Assembly (NCBI GenBank): GCA_951406725.2
Contig: OX597817.1
Location: 45,632,001 to 45,696,000, forward strand
Reading direction: 5' to 3'
Source: Octopus vulgaris
Lineage: Eukaryota
DNA length: 64,000 nt
Each line of letters starts with the position of its first letter. Within the stretch, counting starts at the first letter, position 1. The notes below the pieces were generated by a model that was given only the letters and a program-made list of their open reading frames with translations, was not told where the DNA came from and searched no databases. This document shows, piece after piece, positions 52,909 through 64,000 of the stretch. The position numbers and the translations under genes were made by a program.

Positions 52909-54331
52909 TCACTTACCTGTCCTTTGTTTTTCATCGTCCCTTGAATGTTCTTTGCCAATACGAATAAATTCCATATCCATTCTTACTCCGAAATACTCAT
53001 CCATATTTTCCACGAATTCATCGCTCATTCTTATATCTTTCACCTCCCAATTCTCCCTTTTCACACCTCACCATAAACTCACCTATGTTCTTCTTTTCAA
53101 TCACAGCATACCTAGTCTCACCAACTTCATACCATTTATACTCTTCCATTAGACTTTTAACTTCTTTCTGTTCAGTCATAGTACAAATGTACGGCCTGAT
53201 ATCGAATTCAATCTCTTGTCTGTGTGTGTATTCTTTTTTTTCTATTGTTTTCTTGTTGGGGGGGAGCGGGTGGGTTCAATGTCTGCATGGATAGGGTGGG
53301 ACTCAGAGGGTGTGGGAGGTTTTGGGGTAGATTGGAGTTCCATATTATTTTCTTTTTCCTCCACATATTCTTCTCTTCCTCTTATTTCCAACTTCCTTCC
53401 ATTTCTGTGTATTTTCTTCCTCTTCTACTGTCTCCTTCTCTTCTGGTTTCTGCTTCTCTCTCTCTGGTTCGGAATCCATTTCTTTCCCTGGGGGAGGGCA
53501 GAAGGCTCTTATGTGACCCCTCAGGCCACACTTGTAACAACGTGGAGCCCTGCCCTCCACCCACACTCTCATGATCACTTCTCCCAGTCTGATGCTTTCC
53601 GTCAGGTCCACCAGTACCTCGGTCTCTGCCTGTACGTTCAGCTCCACTGTTACTCCTCTCCAGCCCTCGGACTTAACCGAGGCATGGAGAATATCTACTT
53701 CGTCCTCGTGGCCGCTGATCACAGCCGCCACAATCCATTCTGCCTCCACGTTTGGTGGCACTCCCTCCACCCTTATTCGTGTAATCCTCCTGTTTAAATA
53801 CGTAGGTAACAGTGTTACCTTTTCCGACTTCACCGCCTTCGCTGCCATCTTCCTCGCTGCAGATTCACTTTTAAAGTGCACAACTACGGTCCCGTACTTG
53901 GATCCTCGAGTCAGAAAATTTATTTCCTCCTCAGTTCTTCGCAGGGCTTCCTGTATCCATTCCATGGTTACAACTTCTACCCTCTTCCTTTCGTTTGCGA
54001 ACACCCTGTAAACAATGGTCCTCTTATCATACCATTCTTTTCTCCTGGGTGTCGGTGATAGTTCCACCTCACCGCTTTCCTTTTTCATGTATTTCTGGTA
54101 ACTTGGCAACTTGGCCATGTCGACCCCTTTCTCTTCCGCCTTCTTGGTTACACCGGCATAGGTATAACTCAGCTTTTCTTCCAATTTACTTGCTGCCATT
54201 TCTAGCTCCTTCTCGGACAAGTCTGATAAAGACTCGAAAACTCCAGCCTTTTCCTCCATCAGCTTCACTGCAATTGCCTGTTCCAGTTCCTCATCCGTCG
54301 TGGACAAGTCTGTTAGAGACTCATAGTCCAT
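52909..54331 (-). pseudogene. Unit 5 ORF1-like gene, divergent 5' part, frameshifted after 328 aa
   Basis: ORF 53345-54331 with about 17 aa differences from unit 2; the downstream part is broken. Confidence 0.75.
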
Positions 54332-54512
54332 TTCCTTCTGTCTGACAGACCGAAAACGGCCGCCAAAACAGAAAAAGTGTAACGCGCTGAACGAGCGAAA
54401 CGCGAAACCGCGTCAACGCCGTTCAGAATTTCCACAACAACAACAACCTTTTTTGTTCTTTTTTACCGAATGTTCAGCAGCCGAAAAAAACACAACCGAC
54501 CAAATGGTAGCA

Positions 54513-55474
54513 GTGCTCGGTTGTGACATATTTCTTTATTACCCACCAGGGGGCGACACAGAGGGGGACACCACAAGACATGGGGACATAGAACATTATA
54601 ATTAAAATTTATGAAAATGAATTGTTAAACGAAAAAATGATAAAATGAAAGCGATACCAACGGCCCCGTCCGTCAGCATCACTTACCTGTCCTTTGTTTT
54701 TTATAGTCACTTGAATGTTCTTTGCCAATATGAATAAATTCCATATCCATTCTTACTCCGAAATACTCATTCATATTTTCCACGAATTCATCGCTCATTC
54801 TTATATCTTTCACCTCCCAATTCTCCCTTTCACACCTCCCCATAAACTCACCTATGTTCTTTTTTTCAATCACAGCATACCTAGTCTCTCCAACATCATA
54901 CCGTTTATACTCTTCCATTAGACTTTTAACTTCCCTCTGTTCAGTCATAGTACAAATGTACGGCCTGGGTTCGATTTCAATCTCTTGTGTGTGTGTATTC
55001 TTTTTTTTCTTTTGTTTTCTTGTTGGTGGGGAGCGGGTGGGTTCAATGTCTGCATGGATAGGGTGGGACTCAGAGGGTGTGGGAGGTTTTGGGGTAGATT
55101 GGAGTTCCATATTATTTTCTTTTTTTCCACATATTCTTCTCTTCCTCTTATTTCCAGCTTCCTTCCATTTCTGTGTATTCTCTTCCTCTTCTACTGTCTC
55201 CTTCTCCTCTGGTTTCTGCTTCTCTCCCTCTGGTTCGGAATCCATTTCTTTCCCTGGGGGAGGGCAGAAGGCTCTTATGTGACCCCTCAGGCCACACTTG
55301 TAACAACGTGGAGCCCTGCCCTCCACCCACACTCTCATGATCACTTCTCCCAGTCTGATGCTTTCCGTCAGGTCCACCAGTACCTCGGTCTCTGCCTGTA
55401 CGTTCAGCTCCACTGTTACGCCTCTCCAGCCCTCGGACTTAACCGAGGCATGGAGAATGTGCTCGGTTGTGACA
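54513..55474 (+). repeat. 16-bp TSD gtgctcggttgtgaca flanking unit 6
   Basis: Identical at 54513-54528 and 55459-55474. Confidence 0.95.
54679..55458 (-). pseudogene. Unit 6 ORF1-like gene, 5'-truncated
   Basis: Homology begins at ILHASVKSEG (55458). The apparent N-terminus MTTKQRSVAVTTEH comes from flank and TSD. Confidence 0.85.
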
Positions 55475-55521
55475 GCTACGCTACGCTGTTTGGTGGTCAT
55501 TTATGCAATTTTATGGAGAGA

Positions 55522-55560
55522 CTAGCTATTTTGACCCGTGCTTCGCTCGGGTCAAAATGG
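55522..55560 (-). mobile_element. Helitron 3' terminus (5' end not located)
   Basis: Minus strand attttgacccgagc gaa gcacgggtcaaaat ag CTAG t: strong hairpin followed by CTAG-T. Confidence 0.65.
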
Positions 55561-58216
55561 TGGTGTAGTTCTTTTGTGCGTGTTGTCTCCTTTTCTCATT
55601 CTTCTTTTGTTCTTTGCCTGGTTCTTTTTCTTATGTTTTTATTTTTTCTTCGTATTTTTCTTCTTTTTCTTCTTTCTCTTCTTCTACTGTTTCTTTTCTC
55701 CTTTTCCCCTATTCCTTATCATAGCAACCAAATGGTAGCCCCGAGCGACTTGCAACACCCCTCACAACATTGCCCACTCCATTTTACCCCCCCAGTGTAA
55801 ATTTAGCGCCAATCCGACCCCATCTACCGCCGCTTAAAATGAGACAAATAACCAAGAAAACAAACAACTTTTTCGCATTTCAGCTGTATTGATATTGATG
55901 AAAATCCAAAGAGTGTAATTCCCTTCAACAGACTATGTTTTCTGGGCAAGCAAACAACCTAAGTCTACTACTTTCTTTTTGTTCGGTATTTTGTTCCCGA
56001 TGATATTCCTCACAGAGTGATGAATCTATATATTTATGTATAATTTTGCAGCAATATGGTTGTTTGACCTTATTAAATTCAAGAAAGAATTCTGAAATAA
56101 TTTGAATATTTTTAATTTTAAAATTTGCTGTACAATGCTATATATGCATATATTTTCTCCTCGTCGTTTGTCTGTGTGTACGACTCTTCAATAGACAAAA
56201 CAAATTTTACGCTTGCACAAGTCACAGATTACAAAATAGCTGAAAGTTTTTGTTCGCTTTTGTTGTCTCTCAGTGTTATCTCCTGGTGTTATGCACTTTG
56301 ATCTATGTTCTTATTTTGTGCGTCTGTTGTTTGTGATGTCTGCTCATTCTTTAGTCGATATCTACTTGACTTTCCGAAATCTCGAAGGAATAGAAACTTG
56401 GCTTGTTTCGAACTTTGCATACAATTTGAATGTCTATTTATTTAGTGAATATGTCGTACGATCTGTATGAAGAATAGTTGAGATTTAAATTGTTTGTATT
56501 GGGAATGAAACGCTAGCACACTTACAAAACCAATAGACGTCTGAACAATTCAAATATTCTTTCAAATCTCTAGCACCGAATCGCAAGTTTCTTGCAGTTG
56601 TGATTAAATTGTTATTTAAATGTATTGAGTGAATGTGTAGTATTTTATCTAATATTATTTGTCCGTAAAATATAACCAAAATTCAAGGTATCCTGTTCTG
56701 AAATTATGTCACTTTCGTTCTTCATTTTAGAATTATATCTTAGCTTTTTATTTTCTAGATAAAGGTAACAATTTCTGTCTTCACAAAGTCAATTTATTTG
56801 ATAGGATTTTGCATTTTAGATATTTGCAAATTACGGTTTGGAGAGCTTCCAATATTGACACTTTTTGAAACTCATGAATCTATAAAATGTGGTGATATTA
56901 TTTCGTCTACTCTTTGATTCTCTGAAATAGTATTATTAGATTATTCCCTATCTTTGATTCATAAGAAAAAGGCCTTCGTTTCATGTTTCGTACGTAGCCT
57001 TACCTTAAAGCAGCAAAGATAGCCGAAAATGTGCTTTTTCCTCAGATTTCCTAATTTTACGACATTTTGTGGTAGTTATTGAACTTTTAATTTTCAAAAG
57101 CTGCGAGTAAAAACGTTGATCTAATCCTGTACAGTATGGAGGTCCATATTTTATATTCTAGAAGAATTATTATTAGTTTTCTAGCTATTTTTCATTTTTC
57201 CTAGAGATTTTTTCCTCAAAATTATCGTTTTTTCTATGGTTGGTGTTGTCGAACATTACTTTTATTTCTATCCAGACCATAATATATTTTCCAATGAACA
57301 GTACTGTAGAATAATATCTTTCTCGAATGCTTTAATTTGCATTTTCATAGCTATGTTTTATTGTCTCTGTGGAATTTAGCAGTGTAATAAACATTTGTCA
57401 AGAACACTTTCCAGGTGGTATGGTTAATTACTATATGTCTATATACATTTTTGCTGTTAGGCTCCATAGTTATTTGCAAATTGCTATCTTTGTCACCATT
57501 TGTTTCTGAATATATATTTGTTTAAAGAGGATATTAATTTCCATGCCAACGTGAAATGTATGATGATTCTTCTTAAATAAGTAATTATTCTCAATATAAA
57601 ATGTCTTCTCTCCCAAACCTTGGTAATGGCCAGAGCTTTTACCTTTCATATTAAGTACAGCCAGTAAGTAATAGATTCATAATTTTATTTAAATGGAACC
57701 AGGAAAATTGAAATGAGAAATGAACAAAAATGTATCCTTCTCTTATATATATAGCATTGAAACATTATCACTGAGCAGCAGAAAACTGTGCTTTAATGGA
57801 TGAATCCTCATTCGTTTTAAATGTCATCATTCTGGCTATATATAACATGGTCTTCTGAATTCAATTATTTAGCTTACAAGTGCGAAAGCTGTAGTATGAA
57901 ATATAATTATTAGTTACAAATGGAAAACCATAACTTATTTTACGATGTCTACAAGAAAACAAAAGCAGTTGCAAGTGCGTTAACAAACCTGTTGCAGAAT
58001 GAACCACACCCATTGTTAAGGACTCTGTGCTATCAATTGAAATGATCATTTTTATAAGGACGATTGTTTTTACGAAAATTACAGTTCTGATTCCTAAAAG
58101 AGTTACAAGGCCAAGAATTACCGAGACATGTTGCGAGCCGGTGATTAAATTTTCAATATTAGTTCAAATAAAATGAATGTTAGTAATCGATGACTTAACA
58201 AAGACATCAGCAACAA

Positions 58217-58740
58217 TATTATTATTATTTACATTTAATCTCCATGTTTGTTACAATCACTTGCCGAGACACACCCAGCGTCCTAAGGCGAGTGAAGGAT
58301 ATGAGATGCTACAGTATGACTGAAAGCGTGAGGAGGGAATGTGGGAGCGAAATATCTTCATGTAATACAACACATTTGAATTGATAGGGTTTTATAAGAT
58401 GTGGACAGCACTTGTCAGCACTACCTTTTGGTTTTATCTGAGACATGGTTCTCCTGGTGTATATTCCAGATGTTTCCGACATCCTTTTTTATCATACCTA
58501 GCGTGCTCACAATAACAGAAACAGCTCTAGCTTTGAGATGCCACATCTTTTGTATTTCAACTGTCAAATTCCTTTACAAATTACTTTTTATCAGTGGGAA
58601 CTCTTACATTTATTGGTATAAAAGTATTTTCTTTCTAGTGTTTAATGACTATGTCTGGTCGATTAGCCTGGATAATTCTATCGGAGTTCACTGGAAAATC
58701 TTAGAATATAGTGACATTTTTACTTTCAACGACTAGATCA
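58217..58740 (-). mobile_element. Dong/R4-clade LINE 3' end (RLE domain) with (AAT)n tail
   Basis: VVESKNVTIF*DFPVNSDRIIQANRPDIVIK; LTVEIQKMWHLKA...LGMIKK; QKVVLTSAVHIL; ends at aataataataat. Confidence 0.85.
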
Positions 58741-58799
58741 AGATGATGTCCACACAACTAAGAAGGAGTGCCAAACGGAGGAGAATGTAAGACCAAGAT

Positions 58800-59070
58800 G
58801 ATTATTGGTACAAGTACCTTGGGATCCTGGAGCTGGACAATATCTTGCAGATACGGAAATGAAAGACAGTCATCACTGCATGTTTCAAGCGCCTTGGACT
58901 TCTCTTGAAATCAAAGCTCAACTCAAGGAACCTTGTGACTGCCATCAACATATGGGCTGTTTCTGTACTCCGCTATAGTGCACCCATATTGAGATCCCTC
59001 TACCCAATAGACAATGGCAATGCATGGTGTCCTCCACCCTAAGGCAAATGTACACGGTTTCTACATGAAG
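58800..59070 (+). mobile_element. Dong/R4-clade RT C-terminal fragment
   Basis: YKYLGILELDNIL; FKRLGLLLKSKLNSRNLVTAINIWAVSVLRYSA; MHGVLHPKANV. Confidence 0.8.
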
Positions 59071-60939
59071 AAAAGTAAGGGTAGACGTGGGCTGATTAGT
59101 GTATGGGAGTGCATCAACTGTGAAAGAAAAAATAGTTCCGTACTCATAAGTGATGTGTAGTGCATATTGTTCTCTGTCTCTGTTGCCTATCTCACGTCTT
59201 CTAATGAACCGTAATTTTGAACGATGTCTCATATATATCTGTGCACAACACAGTTCGAGGATACTGTTCTATTTGCTGTTGTGATTCCTAATCTATTTTC
59301 CTCAAAATAATTGTGGAATGCTGTCAAGCATTTTACCAATAGTAAACTTTCGCATGCCTCAATTCATTCTCTGCTATTAAATACTTTCGCTAGAAAATTC
59401 CACTGTTTAAATTCACATTGCAGCGTCTGTTTCTTAGTTTTTTTCGTATCCATTTGCATGATTGTGATAGCATGAACTTCTTCTGTAAAACCTTATTTTT
59501 CTGTACTTTTTGAGAGCTCATTTTATTTCATTTTGGGGTGTCTTCCCATTTTCTACTTCGTGTGTTGTTGGCGGAGGTTTGTCATCCTTAGACCTATTAA
59601 ATTACCTCTTGTGTGCTCATTGCATTTTGACGGGGTGGCTAAAGTTGGTTACGGTGAGACATGGTTGACATGCCTAGTCATTGTTTCTTGAATATGGCAT
59701 GTAATAATCTCTGCTGCTGCATATAGTTTTGGTTTCCGAGTTCTTCTGGACGAAATGTCATTATGGAGAACATTGTAACGCAACTACAATATTCGACAAG
59801 TTTTTCTTATCATGACATTCATAAATACCTTTGATTGTTGCACAACAAATGAAATAATTTTAAGGGATCATTTGGATTCGTAAATCCATTCTGACCTCAC
59901 TCAACTGCACATTGTCTTTTATTACCTTTTCTCTGACCGCTTTCACATACTGTAACACAAAAGCTATAAAGTGTAAGGGCCAAAATCATTACAAATGCGT
60001 TTGCCGAAAAAGTTGTGTTTCTCTGCTAAGCATAATGGAACAAATTATATAGACGGTCGTATCCCTCAAGATTTCAGCCTCAAACAGGCTGCGTTATCAG
60101 GCCTTAAACCATAGATAACAATAATTTAAGTCTTATTACATTCGAGTGAGATAAATCTTTAGATATTTTGTTCAGGCCACTCCCGGTTTTTTCGAGGACC
60201 AACTTTAGTCCTGACATTTTTCAAAAGCTTAAAGCAAGTTAATGGTTAGTACAAGATTGAACGTTATATTACGTACAAAAAAATCTTTTTAAACACTCAC
60301 TCTACTGTGCCTTGATATTCATATGCCCTTATTCCAAATAAAACTTCATATCCGCACACTCCAATTAGCACGATATGTTACGAAAACTTAACTTATCTGT
60401 AATATCATTAATACATTTTAGAACTCTTGCATAACAAATTGTGAGCCTCGATGTTGTTTTGTTGATTGACGTAGCCTTCAAAGTGTTACTATTGTTCTCT
60501 GATTTTTTAAACACCTTTTTACCTCATTGAATTAAACTTCATTTATTTGATTTTGTCTGAAGGTGCATTATTATTTTCAATTTTGTAACTATATGCGAAC
60601 ATAGTTTTTAGTTTCGTTGTTGAAGGATCTCGTCATTACGGAATGAACCGGGTTGTTTTTAAAAACCAAAATTCTACAAAGCGATAACAAATTCTAAAAC
60701 ATGAAAACATTTCTGTTTACTTCGGTATGAAAAATATTAAAAGTGTCCTGTTAGTAAATAATCCGAGTGAAGAAAATATTTTCATTTACTTTGAACTTGT
60801 AGAATATCCATAATTACCAGAACCCGTAAAAGACGACTTGTGACTGTAATAAACGAAAGCGAGCAATACTAATAAGAAAACCAAAAACAACAGTAATAAC
60901 AAAATAAAAATAATAATGGAGAAAAAGACTCCAAGGCAA

Positions 60940-61870
60940 ACTTGAAGAGATGAAAATTAATTAAGAACATTAATATCATGCCGCAGAAAGAAACTCAGAT
61001 AAGAGAATTAGATCAAAGACGGGCAAACAAATATTTAGGAATCGATGAAGCAAACCGTGTACAACTAACGCAAATGAAAGAAAAGATTAAAAATGAAATA
61101 TCATAGCTGCATTTGATTAATACTTAAAACAGAGTGAAATACAAAAAAAAAAAAAGATAATAAGCATCTATCACCTAGTTGTCCTAGTAATAAATTATAG
61201 ATATAGTATTCTCTGCTGGACTCTAAATGAAAAAGCAAAGCAACACAGAAAGGATATAATGACAGCCTTTGGAGTACACCACCCGAAATAAGGCATAGAC
61301 AGAAAGGGGCCCTTATGCATGGAGAAAGTTATTATAAAACGTCACTAAAAAATTACCGACAAAGCTAGGTATAAACAGAAAATTAATTCAGATAACTCCT
61401 CTAATTGTTTTCTGTCTTCGAAGAAAACTGTAAATACTACAATGTATTAGGTATTGCCGGTAATTCGGTAATTATGAAGTAACAGCAGCTACACTGACAG
61501 AAATTCTGGAAAGGAAAAAGAAAAGGAAACATTAAATTTCTCCAAGAAAAGGCACTGATATGGTTGTAGAATAAAAGCGCCTACAAGGCCGCTGCCTGAA
61601 ATATTATCATAAACGCAGAATTTGATCGCTATCGCTCATTCAGCAAAGATAGAAGGATTTTTGATATGGTACAGGATAAAAGCCTCTTCCGTAGATATCG
61701 CTAAAAAGCGAATAATAAGATAAAATGCTAATTAACTAAGAATATGTGAATAGGAAAGACTAAATAATTGGTCATATCGTAACTAACTACGCAGTCTTAG
61801 CTACGTAATGATACATCTCTAGGTATGATAAAATTGAACATCTACTGAAGATTATGTAAAAATTACAAAA
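60940..61870 (+). mobile_element. Highly decayed Dong/R4-clade fragment
   Basis: QIRELDQRRANKYLGIDE...QMKEKIK, GVHHPK and KIEGFLI..QDKSL relics, following an (AAT/AAC)-rich tract. Confidence 0.65.
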
Positions 61871-61873
61871 TAT

Positions 61874-62035
61874 CAGGAGTGGCAATGTGGTAAGTAGCTT
61901 GCTTACTAACCACATTGTTTCGGGTTCATTCCCACTGCGTGGTACCTTGGGCTAGTGTCTTCTCCTGTAGCCTCGGGCCGACCAAAGCCTTCTGAGTGGA
62001 TTTGGTAGGCGAAACTGAAAGAAGCCCGTCGTATA

Positions 62036-62077
<42 letters not shown>

Positions 62078-62311
62078 TGTGTGTGTGTGTGTGTATATGT
62101 TTTTGTGTCTGTGTTTGTCCCTCCAATATCGCTTGACAAATGATGGCGTTGTGTTTACGTCCCCGTAATCTAGCGGTTGGGCAAAAGAGAAACCGATAGA
62201 ATATGTACTAGACTTACAAAGAATAAGTCTTTGGGTCGATTTGCTCAACTAAAGGCGGTAATCCAGCATAGCCGCAGTCAAATGACTGAAACAAGTAAAA
62301 GAGTAAAAGAG
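61874..62311 (+). mobile_element. Full-length SINE family A
   Basis: Reverse complement of 39042-39476. Confidence 0.85.
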
Positions 62312-62597
62312 AGAAGTTCTGACCTATCCCCTGACAGAATGAAAAATATGCGTTATAAAAATACACACAAATGTTGTTAAGGAAAACCAGAAAAACAGAT
62401 AACTCCTAATAGAAGATAACAGTCACAACGGAGGTTAAACTATTAGTAAAACAAAAATATCGTCTTTTAATTATTTCAGTCACTGGACTGTGCTTTGCAG
62501 GAGCACGCCTTGAATAGTCTAGTCAAGCAAATCGTTCCACAACTGAATTATTAAGTCTGGTTTCCTTTGCCAAACAGCTAGATTAATAAAACAAAAT

Positions 62598-62852
62598 ATA
62601 AATGCGCCCTTTTAAAGCCTAGCCAGGCTCATGTATCAGTTTTCCCGGTTTCTATGGCGTATGTTTTCCCCCCAGCTTAACGGGACGCCAGTCCATCGCA
62701 GCGTTACTCATTTTTGCCAACTGAGTGGACTGGAGCAACGTGAAATGAAGTGTTTTGCTCAAGAACACAACGTGTCACCCGGTCCAGGAATCGAAACCAC
62801 AATCTTACGATCATGGTGCTGGCGCACTAACAACTAAGCCACGCGCCTCCAC
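62598..62852 (-). mobile_element. SINE family C
   Basis: Closely similar to 7076-7340. Confidence 0.85.
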
Positions 62853-63374
62853 AAACAGCTACATTACGGGAATGTAAATAGAATAACATCGGTTCTCAAA
62901 TAATGGTGGGGAAACAACAAAAATATATACAGCCTTGTGAGTGGATTTGGTTGGCAGAAACTGAAAGAAACCCGGCCTATATGTGTGTGTGTGCGAGTGT
63001 ATGTGTGTGTGAATGTGTATTTGTGTGTGTGTGTACATAATATATCTGTATTTAAACATATGTGGGCTTGTATATGTCTGACGTGGAGTGGAACCGAAGT
63101 CGAAACCAGGTGGTTTTGAGAGTTAAAGAAAGGTAAAACTAAGCTCTAGGGTATCTTTTATCGTATATTTTTTACTTGTTTCAGTCATTGCTACAACCAT
63201 ACAAGAATGCTGCCTTAAAGTCTTGCGACGAACGGATTGGCCCCATTACTTATTTTAAGCTGGTGCTTATTCGAAGTGTCTCCGTGCCGAAACGTCATTT
63301 CACGGAGATGTAATCACCAGTTTGTGAAGCACTGTCGGAAAAAAAACAAAAGTATACACACACACACGACATTA

Positions 63375-63787
63375 GCCGTAGGTGTGGATGTGTGGTAAAT
63401 TGCTTGCGTACGAACAACATGGTTCCGGGTTCAGTCCCACTGCGTGGCACCTTGCGCAAGTGTCTTCTACTATAGCCTCGGGCCGACCGAAGCCTTGTGA
63501 GTGGATATGGTAGACGGAAACTAAAAGAAGCTCGTAGTATATATGTATATATATATATATATATGTACGTGTGTGTTCGTGTGTCTGTGTTTATCTCGCC
63601 ACCATTGCTTGACAACCGATGCTGGTGTGTTTACGTCCCCGAAACCTCGCGGTTCGGCAAAAGAGACCGATAGAATAAGTATTAGGTTTACAAAGAATAA
63701 GTCCTGGAGTCGATTTTCTCGACTAAAGGTGGTGCTCCAGCATGACCGCAGTCAAATGACTGAAACAAGTGAAAGAGTAAAGAGTAA
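63375..63787 (+). mobile_element. Full-length SINE family A
   Basis: B box ggttcagtccc, family A body, (aagagta)n tail. Confidence 0.85.
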
Positions 63788-63789
63788 GC

Positions 63790-63829
<40 letters not shown>

Positions 63830-64000
63830 GCCAATTAAGGACTGAACACGAAAAGTGGACAGTCAACATGCTAGATATAGACGTCAAATCGCCATTCTCC
63901 ACAAAGATTATGTTCTCAAATCAAACTCAGCACAAAACCAAAGCAATACACAAGTGAAAATATACGAAATAAAATAATTACCCATGTACTGATCAGTTTC

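Larger units (their letters stand above)
45667..55474 (-). mobile_element. Head-to-tail array of an ORF1-only non-LTR retroelement (5 full ~1.75-kb units plus one 5'-truncated unit)
   Basis: Units 45685-47430, 47449-49199, 49218-50970, 50989-52739, 52758-54507 and 54529-55458; period 1764-1771 bp; no RT or endonuclease ORF. Confidence 0.9.

Noticed and set aside
45868-55800. Plus-strand ORFs of 60-279 aa inside the array
   Set aside because: Antisense shadows of the purine-rich ORF1; F/S/L-biased with no motifs.
65-63845. Numerous YIYI/THTH/CVCV, poly-N, poly-Y and poly-H ORFs
   Set aside because: Translations of (TA)n, (CA)n, (AAT)n and (ATC)n microsatellites.

Overview
AT-rich eukaryotic intergenic or intronic DNA packed with (TA)n/(CA)n/(AAT)n microsatellites, tRNA-derived SINEs and decayed transposons. 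The repeat landscape resembles a cephalopod (Octopus-like) genome; this is inference only. No host gene could be supported, and most short ORFs in the track are microsatellite or antisense artefacts. The main object is a ~9.8 kb head-to-tail array (45667-55474) of a ~1.75 kb minus-strand element encoding only an L1/Tx1-type ORF1-like protein (RRM-like region, one CCHC knuckle, an unassigned C-terminal domain) and no reverse transcriptase. Units 1-5 are each preceded by the same 18-bp sequence. Unit 6 is 5'-truncated with its own 16-bp target-site duplication (TSD), evidence that this ORF1-only element moves by retrotransposition. Its 3' terminus is shared with a local SINE family that also forms nested tandem clusters. 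Other content: a 5'-truncated Naiad-like Penelope element with an inverted pseudo-LTR and a hammerhead ribozyme, two further ribozyme-like small elements, a 216-bp near-perfect palindrome, fold-back repeats around (TA)n tracts, and fragments of mariner, maT, Helitron, RTE and Dong/R4 elements. All calls are by eye; no database search was run.
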